DNA of 64,000 bases from Planctomycetota bacterium. GTDB taxonomy: Bacteria > Planctomycetota > SZUA-567. The DNA lies in assembly GCA_965140405.1 (NCBI GenBank), contig OZ223208.1, forward strand, positions 2,784,081 through 2,848,080, written 5' to 3'. This document shows positions 18,660-28,501 of this stretch, piece after piece; position 1 is the stretch's first letter, and each line of letters opens with the position of its first letter. A program made the translations under genes and the position numbers. The notes beneath the pieces are model-generated. The model was not told the origin of the DNA. It ran no database searches and was given only the letters and a program-made list of their open reading frames with translations.

Positions 18660-20465
18660 GTGGCAAAAAAACTCGTCAAATTCATGTGTACGGCATTTAG
18701 AGACGGCTTCCAGTCTGTATATGGCGCACGTGTATTTACTAAGGATTTCATGCCAGCAGTAGCTGCGGCAAAAGACGCAGGTATCGACTGGTTCGAAGCA
18801 GGTGGTGGTGCACGTTTCCAATCATTGTATTTCTACAGTAACGAATGTGCTTTTGAAATGATGGACGAATTCCGCAAGCAAGCGGGTCCAGATGCAAACC
18901 TTCAAACACTTGCTCGTGGTGCAAACGTAGTGGGTCTTGATTCACAGCCACGTGACATCATCAATCTTCACGCAAAGCTATTTGCTAAGCACGGTATTAC
19001 AACAATCCGTAACTTTGATGCTCTTAACGATGCTAACAACCTTATTGATTCTGGTAAGGCTATTGTTGCAGCAGGACTAAAGCACCAAGTCTGTGTTACA
19101 CTAATGGAACTTCCTCCAGGATGTACAGGTGCGCACGATGTTGAATTCTACATGAAGACACTGAAGGATATCAAAGACGCAGATATTCCATTTGATAGCC
19201 TCTGTTTCAAAGATGCTTCAGGTACAGCAGTACCAAGCAAGGTATACGCAACAATCAAAGCAGCTCGTGAGTTCCTAGGTAAGGATGTTCACATCCAATT
19301 CCACTCACACGAGACAGCTGGTATCTGTGTTAGTGGCTACAAAGCTGCTCTTGACGCTGGTGCTGATGGTATCGACCTATCAATGACACCTGCTTCAGGT
19401 GGTACGTGTCAGGTAGATATTCTTACAATGTGGCACGCTCTACGTGGTACAGAGTACGATCTAGGTATTGACCCAGATAAGATCCGCCACGCAGAAGCTG
19501 TATTCAAAGACTGCATGAAAGACTACCCAGACAAACCAGAAGCTAAGGCTGTTGAACCACTTATTCCTTGGAGTCCTATGCCAGGTGGTGCTCTTACTGC
19601 TAATACTGAAATGCTACGTGATAATGGTCTTATGGATCGTTACGACGAATGTCTAGCTGCTATGAGTGAAGTAGTTCGCAAGGGTGGCTTCGGCACATCA
19701 GTTACTCCAGTGTCTCAGTTCTACTTCCAACAGGCATTCAACAATGTTATGTTTGGTCCTTGGGAGAAGATCGCTGAAGGCTATGGTAAAATGGTTCTCG
19801 GTTACTTTGGTAAGACTCCGGTTGCTCCAGAAGCAGAAGTTGTCAAGCTTGCTAGTGAACAGCTTGGTCTTGAGCCAACTACTGAGATGCCAGTTGATAT
19901 CAATGACAGAGATCCTAACAAGGGTATTGACGCAGCTAAGAAGATGCTTACAGACGCTGGCATCACAGATCTATCTGATGAGAACATCTTTATTGCTGCT
20001 GCATGTAAGGAAAAAGGTATCGCTTACCTCAAGGGTGAAGCTGTTATCGGTGTTCGTAAAGTCACTAAAAAGGCTGACTCTGGTGCTGCTGCTTCTGCAA
20101 CTAGCGAAGGTGGTTACACAGTCTCAGTCAACGGCAAGAAGTACGAAGTTGTTGTTGAAGGTGGCAAAGCTACAGTCAACGGTAAAGCTTATGATATAGA
20201 TGTTACAGAAGGTGTTAGCGGTAACGCAGCAGCTCCTGCAGCAACAGGTGGTGGTGCTGAAATCAAAGCTCCAATGCCAGGTGCTGTTATCCGTATTACA
20301 GCAGATACCGGAACAAGTGTTAGTGAAGGTGATGAAATCCTTGTAATCGAAGCAATGAAGATGGAAACACCAATCAAAGCAGCTACTTCTGGTACAATAA
20401 CAGCAATAAACGTTGCTCCTGGCGATAAGATTGTTGCTGGACAGGTTCTTGCTACTATCGGTTAA
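18660..20465 (+). CDS. oadA: Oxaloacetate decarboxylase alpha subunit (carboxyltransferase + biotin carrier)
   Basis: 601 aa, GTG start with AGGAG RBS; TAFRDGFQS, HSHETAG metal site, C-terminal biotinylation motif EAMKMET. Confidence 0.92.
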   Translation: MAKKLVKFMCTAFRDGFQSVYGARVFTKDFMPAVAAAKDAGIDWFEAGGGARFQSLYFYSNECAFEMMDEFRKQAGPDANLQTLARGANVVGLDSQPRDIINLHAKLFAKHGITTIRNFDALNDANNLIDSGKAIVAAGLKHQVCVTLMELPPGCTGAHDVEFYMKTLKDIKDADIPFDSLCFKDASGTAVPSKVYATIKAAREFLGKDVHIQFHSHETAGICVSGYKAALDAGADGIDLSMTPASGGTCQVDILTMWHALRGTEYDLGIDPDKIRHAEAVFKDCMKDYPDKPEAKAVEPLIPWSPMPGGALTANTEMLRDNGLMDRYDECLAAMSEVVRKGGFGTSVTPVSQFYFQQAFNNVMFGPWEKIAEGYGKMVLGYFGKTPVAPEAEVVKLASEQLGLEPTTEMPVDINDRDPNKGIDAAKKMLTDAGITDLSDENIFIAAACKEKGIAYLKGEAVIGVRKVTKKADSGAAASATSEGGYTVSVNGKKYEVVVEGGKATVNGKAYDIDVTEGVSGNAAAPAATGGGAEIKAPMPGAVIRITADTGTSVSEGDEILVIEAMKMETPIKAATSGTITAINVAPGDKIVAGQVLATIG

Positions 20466-20588
20466 TATTCGGGTCAGCTGTTTTTGACTACATATTTATT
20501 ATATTCATTCTGCTTTATTTTTTCATGAGGCAGAATGAAGATAAAAGTTGTAGACAAATATTTTAATAACAAAGGAGTTTTACTTAAA

Positions 20589-22019
20589 ATGAAAAATAGT
20601 AAAAAATTCCAGCCGGCTCTTCTCGTTCTTCTTGTGCTCATGGCTATATCTGTCTTTGGGGGAAGTATTACCTCAACAGTACAGGCTAATGATGCAGCAA
20701 CAGAAGAACAGACCGAAGGCAAAGGAATTTATAAAAGCACAGGTATCTATGGCTTCTTAAACGGTGATGAACTCTCGGAAGAAAAAGCTCTTGATCGTGC
20801 AAAAAGTGATTATGAGAGTTTTGTAGTTCTCAAAGAAAGCCTAAATGGCGATACAACAGCTGCAAAAGCTCAAGCGGCTATTGATGTTCTACATAGTGGG
20901 CATAAGGATAGCAAGCAAAAAGGTATTTTCCCAGTAGGTGTTGGTCAGTTTATCATGATCCTTGTTGGCTTACTACTAGTATACCTTGCAATAGGCAGAG
21001 GCTTCGAGCCACTACTACTACTACCTATCGGTTTTGGTGGTATACTAGCGAATATTCCAATGGCTGGTATTGCTGAAGCTGGTTTAGGTAGCATGGGTGA
21101 CGGTTTCCTACATATTCTTTACACTACTGGTGTAACTAATGGTCTATTCCCACTTATAATCTTTATGGGTGTAGGTGCGATGACAGACTTTGGTCCACTT
21201 ATTGCGAATCCAAAGACTGCACTTCTAGGTGGAGCAGCACAGTTCGGTATTTTCACTACCTTACTTGGTGCGCTTGCTATTGGCTTTACTCAAAAGGAAG
21301 CCGCTTCAATTGGTATCATCGGTGGTGCAGATGGTCCTACTTCTATCTTTGTAGCGAGTCAGCTAGCTCCGCACCTTCTTGGTGCAATTGCTGTTGCAGC
21401 TTACTCATACATGGCTCTAGTACCTATCATTCAGCCACCTATTATGACAGCGCTAGTTCCAGAGGCAGACCGTGCGATCGAGATGAAACAGCTCCGTCAC
21501 GTTTCACGCGTAGAGAAGATTGTATTCCCTCTTATCGTACTAGGTCTCTGTATCCTTATCTTGCCAGATGCTTGCCCACTTATTGGTGCGCTAATGTTTG
21601 GTAACCTTTGTAAAGAGAGTGGCGTTGTTGACCGTATTGCAAATTGTATGCAGAACGAACTTATCAACATTGTTACAATCATGCTAGGCCTATCTGTTGG
21701 TTCGAAGTTACAAGCAGACAAGTTCCTAAATGCAAATACCCTCTTCATTCTAGTACTTGGTCTTATTGCTTTCAGCTTCGGTACAGCAGCTGGTGTTCTA
21801 ATGGCACGTCTGATGAAGAAGTTCTCAAAGGATCCTCTCAACCCACTTATCGGTGCGGCTGGAGTATCCGCGGTACCTATGGCAGCTCGTGTAGTTAATG
21901 GTGTTGGTCTGAAGTACAACCCGCACAACTTCCTGCTGATGCATGCGATGGGGCCGAACGTGGCTGGTGTAATTGGCTCAGCTGTTGCTGCTGGTATCCT
22001 TCTTTCACAATTACGTTAA
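20589..22019 (+). CDS. oadB: Oxaloacetate decarboxylase beta subunit (Na+ pump) with ~100-aa N-terminal extension
   Basis: [19 protein letters not shown] and downstream polytopic core; preferred ATG 20589 (AAAGGAG RBS) rather than track start 20535. Confidence 0.9.
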   Translation: MKNSKKFQPALLVLLVLMAISVFGGSITSTVQANDAATEEQTEGKGIYKSTGIYGFLNGDELSEEKALDRAKSDYESFVVLKESLNGDTTAAKAQAAIDVLHSGHKDSKQKGIFPVGVGQFIMILVGLLLVYLAIGRGFEPLLLLPIGFGGILANIPMAGIAEAGLGSMGDGFLHILYTTGVTNGLFPLIIFMGVGAMTDFGPLIANPKTALLGGAAQFGIFTTLLGALAIGFTQKEAASIGIIGGADGPTSIFVASQLAPHLLGAIAVAAYSYMALVPIIQPPIMTALVPEADRAIEMKQLRHVSRVEKIVFPLIVLGLCILILPDACPLIGALMFGNLCKESGVVDRIANCMQNELINIVTIMLGLSVGSKLQADKFLNANTLFILVLGLIAFSFGTAAGVLMARLMKKFSKDPLNPLIGAAGVSAVPMAARVVNGVGLKYNPHNFLLMHAMGPNVAGVIGSAVAAGILLSQLR

Positions 22020-22028
22020 TTACTAATT

Positions 22029-22060
22029 AAGGAAGAAGCTTTTGCTTCTTCCTTTTTTTT
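22029..22060 (+). terminator. Rho-independent terminator
   Basis: AAGGAAGAAGC-TTTT-GCTTCTTCCTT followed by T-run. Confidence 0.9.
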
Positions 22061-22265
22061 AGAATAAGTTCATTAATAATAGTTAATGATAATAAAGTTA
22101 GAAGTAAAGATTATAATTAAGGACACACTACTATTGATAAAAACTTTTAAATAACATTAGTTCAAGTCAGTACACTATTTCCTTATATAATAATTTTAAA
22201 ATTTAATAATTATGTAAACCTTATATTGCAGTATTTTTTTCACACATTTTTAGGAGATTTAAACG

Positions 22266-24008
22266 ATGGCAAGTCTATCAACTTACGAGTATTACCGTGA
22301 TGACCTTTCAAAGATCCCACCATTACGTGCTATTGCTGAAACACTTCTTGCAAGTGACAAAGTACGTGAAGTAACATGTGCAGAAGCTTATGAACTAGCT
22401 ATGCTTCAGGGTGACGTTGCAGTATCAGATATGCTAATCTACCCACCAGCAGCTGAACGTCTTGGTCTTCCAAAGGGCGCTAAACTTCTTAACAACTGCC
22501 ATGGTAAAATTGTAGGACGTACAGCTAATGCTCGCCGCTTCTTCAACAAACTTGACGCAGATGGCCAAGAAAAGGTACTCAAGGACTGTCGCGAAGCAAT
22601 AAGTGATCTACAGATCCGTGGCGATCTAATCAAAGCTGAAGCAATTGTTGGTCTTGATGAAGATCTTATGATCAAAGCAACAATTATCGGTGACGCTAAA
22701 ACTGATGCAGCAAACATCTTTAGTTGGTTGACTAACTTTACTCCTTTTGCTGAGCTTGCTGATAAGTATGCAACCAGTAAGAAACTTCCAATTCTTGATA
22801 TCATTGTTATCGGTGATAACCTATGGACATGTAACGACACATTCTATGCTAACGTTGGTTTCCCACAGCTTGCACTTGTTGATGAAACAGCAAATGTTAT
22901 CTACAACCTAGGTATGCGTTACTTCGGTGAACGTAAGAAAGGTACTCTTACACTTGCTTGGACTAGTGGTATGAAGGTTGGTATGGCTGCATGTCACGGT
23001 GGTATTAAAGAATTCGATTTCAGCGCTTGTGAAGATGAAAAAGTTGCTAGTATGGGCAAGAGAGCTATTGCATTCTTCGGCCTATCAGGTACTGGTAAGT
23101 CATCACATACTAACAGCCTAGACAACGCAGGTACAATGCCTAAGGGTACTACCAAGGTTGTTCTTCACGATGACGCATTCCAGATTGACTCAGACGACAT
23201 GTGTTGCCGTGTTTGGGAACCAAGCCTCTTCGATAAAACTGACCAACGTGGTCTTGATCACCCAGAATGGAAGTATGCTATATCAGTAATGAACACTGGT
23301 ATGATCCAAGAAGCTGGTCTTAAGAAGTGTATAGGCCTTGAAGTACGTAATGCTAACGGTCGTGCTATCTTCGATAGAGACCTTGTTGGTGACGTGGTTA
23401 ACAAGTGTGGCTTCCCTCAAGCTCTTGTATGGCTTATGAAGGATACTTGTCTTCCTCCAATCCTTCGCTTCACAGACTACAACCTAGCAGTAGCTATGGG
23501 TGCAGCTCTAATCACTAAGCGTAACAAGGCAGAGAATGTAACAGCAGAAGAACTCAAAAAGCTAGCATTCGTTCCATATGCTAACCCATTCCGTGTTTAC
23601 CCACTATACAAAGACGTTGAAGCGTTCACTAAGGTATTTGAGAGTGGCGCTGAATGTTACTGCTTCAACAGTGGTGGTATGTGGAATTCTAGCGACACAG
23701 ATCTACGTGACGTTAAACTAAGTACATCACTAACTCTTCAGACAGCTGTTGCTATCAGCCAGCTTGAATGGGAAGAATGGGATCTTCTTGCAGGTGCACA
23801 GATCCCTACTAAGGAAAGCATTGATAAGATCCTTCCTGGATTCTACGAAAAGTACAGTACAGATACTGTTGAAAACCGTGATGAATACATCGATACTCTT
23901 AAGAACCGTTTCCAACAGCGTCGTGACTTCCTAGCTGGTGCAGATCAGCTTGCTGAGCAACCAGAGCTTCTCAAGCAGCTTTCAGATGCAATGGTTGTTA
24001 AGGCGTAA
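22266..24008 (+). CDS. pckA: Phosphoenolpyruvate carboxykinase (ATP-type family, divergent)
   Basis: 580 aa; kinase-1a P-loop FFGLSGTGKSSHT, overall PEPCK(ATP)-like layout; AGGAG RBS. Confidence 0.7.
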   Translation: MASLSTYEYYRDDLSKIPPLRAIAETLLASDKVREVTCAEAYELAMLQGDVAVSDMLIYPPAAERLGLPKGAKLLNNCHGKIVGRTANARRFFNKLDADGQEKVLKDCREAISDLQIRGDLIKAEAIVGLDEDLMIKATIIGDAKTDAANIFSWLTNFTPFAELADKYATSKKLPILDIIVIGDNLWTCNDTFYANVGFPQLALVDETANVIYNLGMRYFGERKKGTLTLAWTSGMKVGMAACHGGIKEFDFSACEDEKVASMGKRAIAFFGLSGTGKSSHTNSLDNAGTMPKGTTKVVLHDDAFQIDSDDMCCRVWEPSLFDKTDQRGLDHPEWKYAISVMNTGMIQEAGLKKCIGLEVRNANGRAIFDRDLVGDVVNKCGFPQALVWLMKDTCLPPILRFTDYNLAVAMGAALITKRNKAENVTAEELKKLAFVPYANPFRVYPLYKDVEAFTKVFESGAECYCFNSGGMWNSSDTDLRDVKLSTSLTLQTAVAISQLEWEEWDLLAGAQIPTKESIDKILPGFYEKYSTDTVENRDEYIDTLKNRFQQRRDFLAGADQLAEQPELLKQLSDAMVVKA

Positions 24009-24054
24009 GTCTACACGAACTAAGATAGTTTGCTACAATAAGTATATTATCATT

Positions 24055-24090
24055 AGAGCCTTCTGGTTATCCAGAAGGCTCTTTCAATTT
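24055..24090 (+). terminator. Terminator hairpin
   Basis: AGAGCCTTCTGG-TTAT-CCAGAAGGCTCT then TTCAATTT. Confidence 0.7.
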
Positions 24091-24145
24091 AAGGCATACC
24101 ACATAACTAATAACAACCATATCTCATTATTAAGCTGAAATACAA

Positions 24146-26338
24146 CTAACCTAGAGGTATTAATTCATCAAACAGATGCGCAGATGATTTTGTAGGAAGA
24201 ACAATAATAAACTCACTCCCCTCACCCGGAACACTGTTTACCTCTATAAACCCACCAGCTCGTTTTACTAGTGATCTAGAAACGCTTAGCCCAAGCCCAG
24301 TACCATCAGGATTATCCTGCCCATTTTTTACCGAGTAAAATGGCTCAAATATACTTTCATATTTATCTAAAGTAATTCCACAGCCAGTATCTTTAATACT
24401 AATCAATATAGAATCTCCATCTAGAGATGTAGCAATTCGTAAAACTTTGTTATTTGAAAACTCCATTGCTTGCTTAGCATTGATCATTAAATTGGCAATC
24501 GTATGCATAATATCAGTTGCACGGCATAAAATATCCGGTATATCACTATCAAAGCTTGTCTCAATATCAATTCCAGAGTCTCCAAAATCACTCCGCACCA
24601 TACCTACAATATTCTCAATCAGTCTATTTACACCAACCATACCAATACTTTTTGAATCCTTAGGAATTAGAGCAGCAAGGTTATCAGCAATAAGAATTGA
24701 ATCTTCAAGAGCAACGATTAAATTCTTAAGTTGCTTGGGATCACTAGCCTCACCAGAGTTGTACTTACTAACAAGCAAAGTTAATTCCTTTAAAATCTCT
24801 CTGTTTACTCTATTAAACTTATTAGCAATCGCAGTAGACAGTTCACCTATTGATGCCATCTTCTCAGCGTTAAACAATCTGCTTTCACGAAGCATTTTTT
24901 CATCAATATCCTGAAATACTCCGCTAATTCCAACAATAGCACCTTCTTCAATAGTCGCACTTGCAATCATTGTCATCCAGAGGTACCTACCTCCACTCAT
25001 TCTTATTCTAATATCCCCCGTAACGTGATAGAGTTCACCACTTAAAAGAGCAGAGACATTATCATGCCATCTTGGAAGATCAGACTTATGAATTATCGCC
25101 TTCAATTCATCAAGACAATCAATACTCCAATTCTTATCATACTCCAGTTTTTCATAGAGTGTTGTGTCTATATCGAGCTTGTCTAAGAAGATATCATACT
25201 CAAACGAAGCTGCCCCAGCTACTTTTAAAGCCATATTTAAGCGCTTCTGACTCTTCTTTAGAACCTCCACTGTTGTCTCAATAGACTCCTCTACCATCCT
25301 TCTTTCAAGAAGTATTCCAAACTGTAGTGCAGATATCTCGATTGCATCTACACTCTCTTCATCCCACTTCTCCTTGATATCCTTACATGCGAGTAGCAGG
25401 ACTCCCCACTTCACCCCTTGACAAAAAATTGTTGTAGCGTAAAAACCTACCAAATTTGAGTCAGTAAAATCAATAGGATTTGAAAATTCAATTTGATCTA
25501 CATGAATAAAGACAATTTTTTCCTGTTCAATTACATTATCCGACCGAATTCCACTAGAAACTATTTGAAATACCTCATTCTTATACTTATTTAAATCATC
25601 ATCCCCGCCCCAAAGAGTTTTTACTCTATAAGAGGAGCTATGTTTATGTCTGCTATCCTCGCCAACTTCAGTATGTACGTGCTCAGCCAGTACAACTATG
25701 TCTACATCAGCACCTTTTCCAAATACTTCCAATGCTCTACTTAGAGCCCTGTCAAAGTCTTGAGAGTTGTCAAGTACACTCTGAGTTCCACAAGTCAACG
25801 CATATAAGAGTTTATCTCGCTTAACAAGAGCATTTGTTACTCGATTCTGTTCATGAACATCTCGAATAATATACATTACCCCTTTTATATCTTCATATTC
25901 ACAAGGAGAGAGAGTTACCTCACTATCCAGCATACTTCCTTTCCTATTGTGTAGAGTTATTTCAAACCTTAGCTTCTCTCTAGTTACAAAGACTTTTTTA
26001 TCAATATCATCAAATATATCACAAATTTCTTGAGGATAAAATTCACTTGAATGCCTACCAACGATATACTGATGATCATAGCCAAGAAAGCTAGCATGAG
26101 CTTTATTTGAAAATAGTACGGTTCCTGAATCTCCTCTAATAAATATAATATCAGCAGTATCAATTGCTGCCTGACGAAAAAGTTCCGCTTTATTATAACT
26201 TTCAAGAACCCTCTTATAGAACAGTACATACCACCCAGTAAAAACACTCAACACACCTAAAAAGAATAGCATTGAGTATACAATTATCAATTCCTGTGGT
26301 ATCACACTAAATACTTTGCTTATCAAGAGCGATCTCAA
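24146..26338 (-). CDS. Membrane PAS/GAF-like sensor with intact HATPase_c but His-less DHp (pseudo-histidine kinase)
   Basis: 730 aa; N box ANLMINAKQAM, G1 IKDTGCGI, F IFEPFYS, G2 GTGLGLS; H-box position reads GELSTAIANKFNRVN (Asn codon AAT at 24821-24823). Confidence 0.8.
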   Translation of the reverse strand: MRSLLISKVFSVIPQELIIVYSMLFFLGVLSVFTGWYVLFYKRVLESYNKAELFRQAAIDTADIIFIRGDSGTVLFSNKAHASFLGYDHQYIVGRHSSEFYPQEICDIFDDIDKKVFVTREKLRFEITLHNRKGSMLDSEVTLSPCEYEDIKGVMYIIRDVHEQNRVTNALVKRDKLLYALTCGTQSVLDNSQDFDRALSRALEVFGKGADVDIVVLAEHVHTEVGEDSRHKHSSSYRVKTLWGGDDDLNKYKNEVFQIVSSGIRSDNVIEQEKIVFIHVDQIEFSNPIDFTDSNLVGFYATTIFCQGVKWGVLLLACKDIKEKWDEESVDAIEISALQFGILLERRMVEESIETTVEVLKKSQKRLNMALKVAGAASFEYDIFLDKLDIDTTLYEKLEYDKNWSIDCLDELKAIIHKSDLPRWHDNVSALLSGELYHVTGDIRIRMSGGRYLWMTMIASATIEEGAIVGISGVFQDIDEKMLRESRLFNAEKMASIGELSTAIANKFNRVNREILKELTLLVSKYNSGEASDPKQLKNLIVALEDSILIADNLAALIPKDSKSIGMVGVNRLIENIVGMVRSDFGDSGIDIETSFDSDIPDILCRATDIMHTIANLMINAKQAMEFSNNKVLRIATSLDGDSILISIKDTGCGITLDKYESIFEPFYSVKNGQDNPDGTGLGLSVSRSLVKRAGGFIEVNSVPGEGSEFIIVLPTKSSAHLFDELIPLG

Positions 26339-26518
26339 CTATATATTTGAATAAAACAAAAATTTAAACAACAACAATATGCTATTTTAAAACCAAATAA
26401 AATAAATAGCAATCAAATATAACATAAATTCAAATTTATATATTATTGTATGCAAAAATAGTCGATATACGAATAAAGTGGATAAAACTATACCGTTATA
26501 AAGATGAAAGGAATCATG

Positions 26519-27007
26519 ATGAAGAGATTACTTATTCTCACATTGTTACTAACTACACATTTCTCAGTATTTGCAGCGACACAAGATCTACCAACTGAGG
26601 TAAAATCCGAAGTTAGCAACAAATTCGAAGAAGCGATAGCACCAGAAATACTAAAGGCACAGCAAGACCTTGCAGAAGTCAAGAGAAGGTTTCTAAACGG
26701 TCTTAAAAAAGATAATAAACTGTACCTTACGATTAGAATAGCTGACCAATACGGCAATGTCGAACAAGTATATATTCGCACGTATCTATGGAAGGATTCG
26801 ACAGTAATGGGCCAAATTTCAAACAATTTATACAGCGTCAGTGGTTATAGACCTGGGCAAACAATCAGCTTCGATGAATCAGATATTCTAGATTGGACAT
26901 TAATCGATGCAGATGGTAAGGAATATGGCAATTATCTTGGGCGCTTTGCTGTAAAGTGGCTAGAATCCAATAAAAAAACATCTCTAACAAATAAAGAGAG
27001 CAAATAA
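26519..27007 (+). CDS. Secreted DUF2314-like protein
   Basis: Signal peptide MKRLLILTLLLTTHFSVFA; VEQVYIRTYLW...GQISN...ILDWTLIDADGKEYGNYLGRF pattern resembles DUF2314; track start 26504, AAAGGA RBS favours 26516/26519. Confidence 0.55.
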   Translation: MKRLLILTLLLTTHFSVFAATQDLPTEVKSEVSNKFEEAIAPEILKAQQDLAEVKRRFLNGLKKDNKLYLTIRIADQYGNVEQVYIRTYLWKDSTVMGQISNNLYSVSGYRPGQTISFDESDILDWTLIDADGKEYGNYLGRFAVKWLESNKKTSLTNKESK

Positions 27008-27008
27008 T

Positions 27009-27827
27009 ATGGCAAAGCGCGACAAAGACCCAGTTGAGAAGTATCATGACAGAGTTGCAGGTATCTACGACACAATATACGATGGTAGTCCATATTGGGA
27101 GTCTGTTTTCGAAATTACCTGGAGACACATGCTAAAGTACCTCCCTAGAGATATGTCAACAAAGTGCCTAGATGTAGGATGCGGTACTGGTAGATGGGGA
27201 CTGCGCTTATTCAAGAGTGGCTACCAATGCGATTTTCTTGATATATCTATGAAGATGCTAGATCAAGTAAGAAAAAAGATTGAAAAGCTACCAAATATTT
27301 CATATCAGCCAGAGTTATACCATACCTCTATAGCAACAATGAAGATGATAGAGGACGAGAGCTATGACTATATTGTTGGTCAAGGAGATCCACTTGGTAG
27401 CGCTGGAAAGCCAGAAAGAGCCCTCAAAGAGCTTACACGAATTCTACGTCCCAACGGTACTATAGTTATGTCAGTTGACAATATTTATGGCGGTATGTTC
27501 CACTTTTTGAAAGAAGATGACATCGATGGTTTGGAAAAATTTATAAAGAACGGCCGTACAAATTGGGTAACAGATGAGTCAAAAGAGCAGTATGAAGTTA
27601 CCGCCTTTACACCAAAGAAAATACGGAGCATGTGTGAAGCTAGAGGTCTTGAAGTACTATCAATTATTGGTAAGACAGCCCTTCCACTTCGACGCTTTCA
27701 AAACTGTCTGAAAGACAAAGAATCAAGAGAACGCATAATACGTCTAGAAGAGAAGCTAAACTCTGTGGAAGCAATGCTTGGAAATGCAGCTCACCTAGAG
27801 TTTGTAGCCCGTAAAAAGTCTGAGTAA
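27009..27827 (+). CDS. Class I SAM-dependent methyltransferase
   Basis: 272 aa; motif I LDVGCGTGRWG; start 1 nt after upstream stop (TAATATG). Confidence 0.8.
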   Translation: MAKRDKDPVEKYHDRVAGIYDTIYDGSPYWESVFEITWRHMLKYLPRDMSTKCLDVGCGTGRWGLRLFKSGYQCDFLDISMKMLDQVRKKIEKLPNISYQPELYHTSIATMKMIEDESYDYIVGQGDPLGSAGKPERALKELTRILRPNGTIVMSVDNIYGGMFHFLKEDDIDGLEKFIKNGRTNWVTDESKEQYEVTAFTPKKIRSMCEARGLEVLSIIGKTALPLRRFQNCLKDKESRERIIRLEEKLNSVEAMLGNAAHLEFVARKKSE

Positions 27828-27829
27828 TA

Positions 27830-27866
27830 AATATGGGAGGCTTTTAGAGCCTCCCATATTTATTTT
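27830..27866. terminator. Bidirectional terminator
   Basis: ATATGGGAGGC-TTTTAGA-GCCTCCCATAT with T-rich flanks on both strands; between convergent genes. Confidence 0.8.
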
Positions 27867-27873
27867 CAAAAGA

Positions 27874-28359
27874 TTACTTAGTACTCATACAGATATCTAT
27901 AATATGATGCCCATGTGGGTGCTCTTCAGGATTATTCAAATAAAACTCATAACTCGGTCTAGACATATCAATCTCAAGGTTATTCTCCACCATCCAACTA
28001 ACAATACTCTCCCAAGCAGGTCCATACTCCTCAGGAGTCTTAACCTCAGCATGAAGGACAGAATATTTTCCCCCTGGTGCAACCTTTATCTCAACACCAT
28101 CACTGGGTTGAGTACCTTCAGGCACTTCAAGGCATACCTCCAACTTTAATTCCTCTGGAGGAGTGACACATGGATCATCTTGGTATGCAGAAAACAGACT
28201 TGCCCCGTTTGAGCACAATCCCTTTGGAGCAGCCCATGCAAAAAGTTTACCTATCAGTTCTTTGAATATTCCAGTATTGCCCATATAATTGCCAACATAA
28301 GACACATATGCAATATTTCTACTCTCAAGTTCCTTGACTACTGGCAGATCCCAACTCAT
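27874..28359 (-). CDS. GyrI-like (SOUL/AraC effector-binding fold) small-molecule-binding protein
   Basis: ~161 aa; layout ...IAYVSYVGNY...KLFAWA...LFSAYQDDP...EVCLEVP...; ATG 28359 with GAAGGGGA RBS preferred over TTG 28374. Family call by eye. Confidence 0.55.
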   Translation of the reverse strand: MSWDLPVVKELESRNIAYVSYVGNYMGNTGIFKELIGKLFAWAAPKGLCSNGASLFSAYQDDPCVTPPEELKLEVCLEVPEGTQPSDGVEIKVAPGGKYSVLHAEVKTPEEYGPAWESIVSWMVENNLEIDMSRPSYEFYLNNPEEHPHGHHIIDICMSTK

Positions 28360-28501
28360 AATAATCCCCTTCAATATAATTGTTACACAAAAAAAACATG
28401 ACTATATTTACTGTAAAAAAGTAAACACACATATATCATACTGAACAAAATATCATAAATCAAGTAAATTATATAAACAAAAACCGAACATAAAAACAGT
28501 A

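Noticed and set aside
19684-20199. 171-aa + strand ORF in an alternative frame of oadA, plus similar shadow ORFs (17423-17851, 21497-21928, 9587-9976, 36471-36863, 62426-63082, 60169-60669, 24447-24914)
   Set aside because: All lie inside strongly supported genes. They have Leu/Ser/Arg-rich junk-like composition, no start context and no recognisable motifs.
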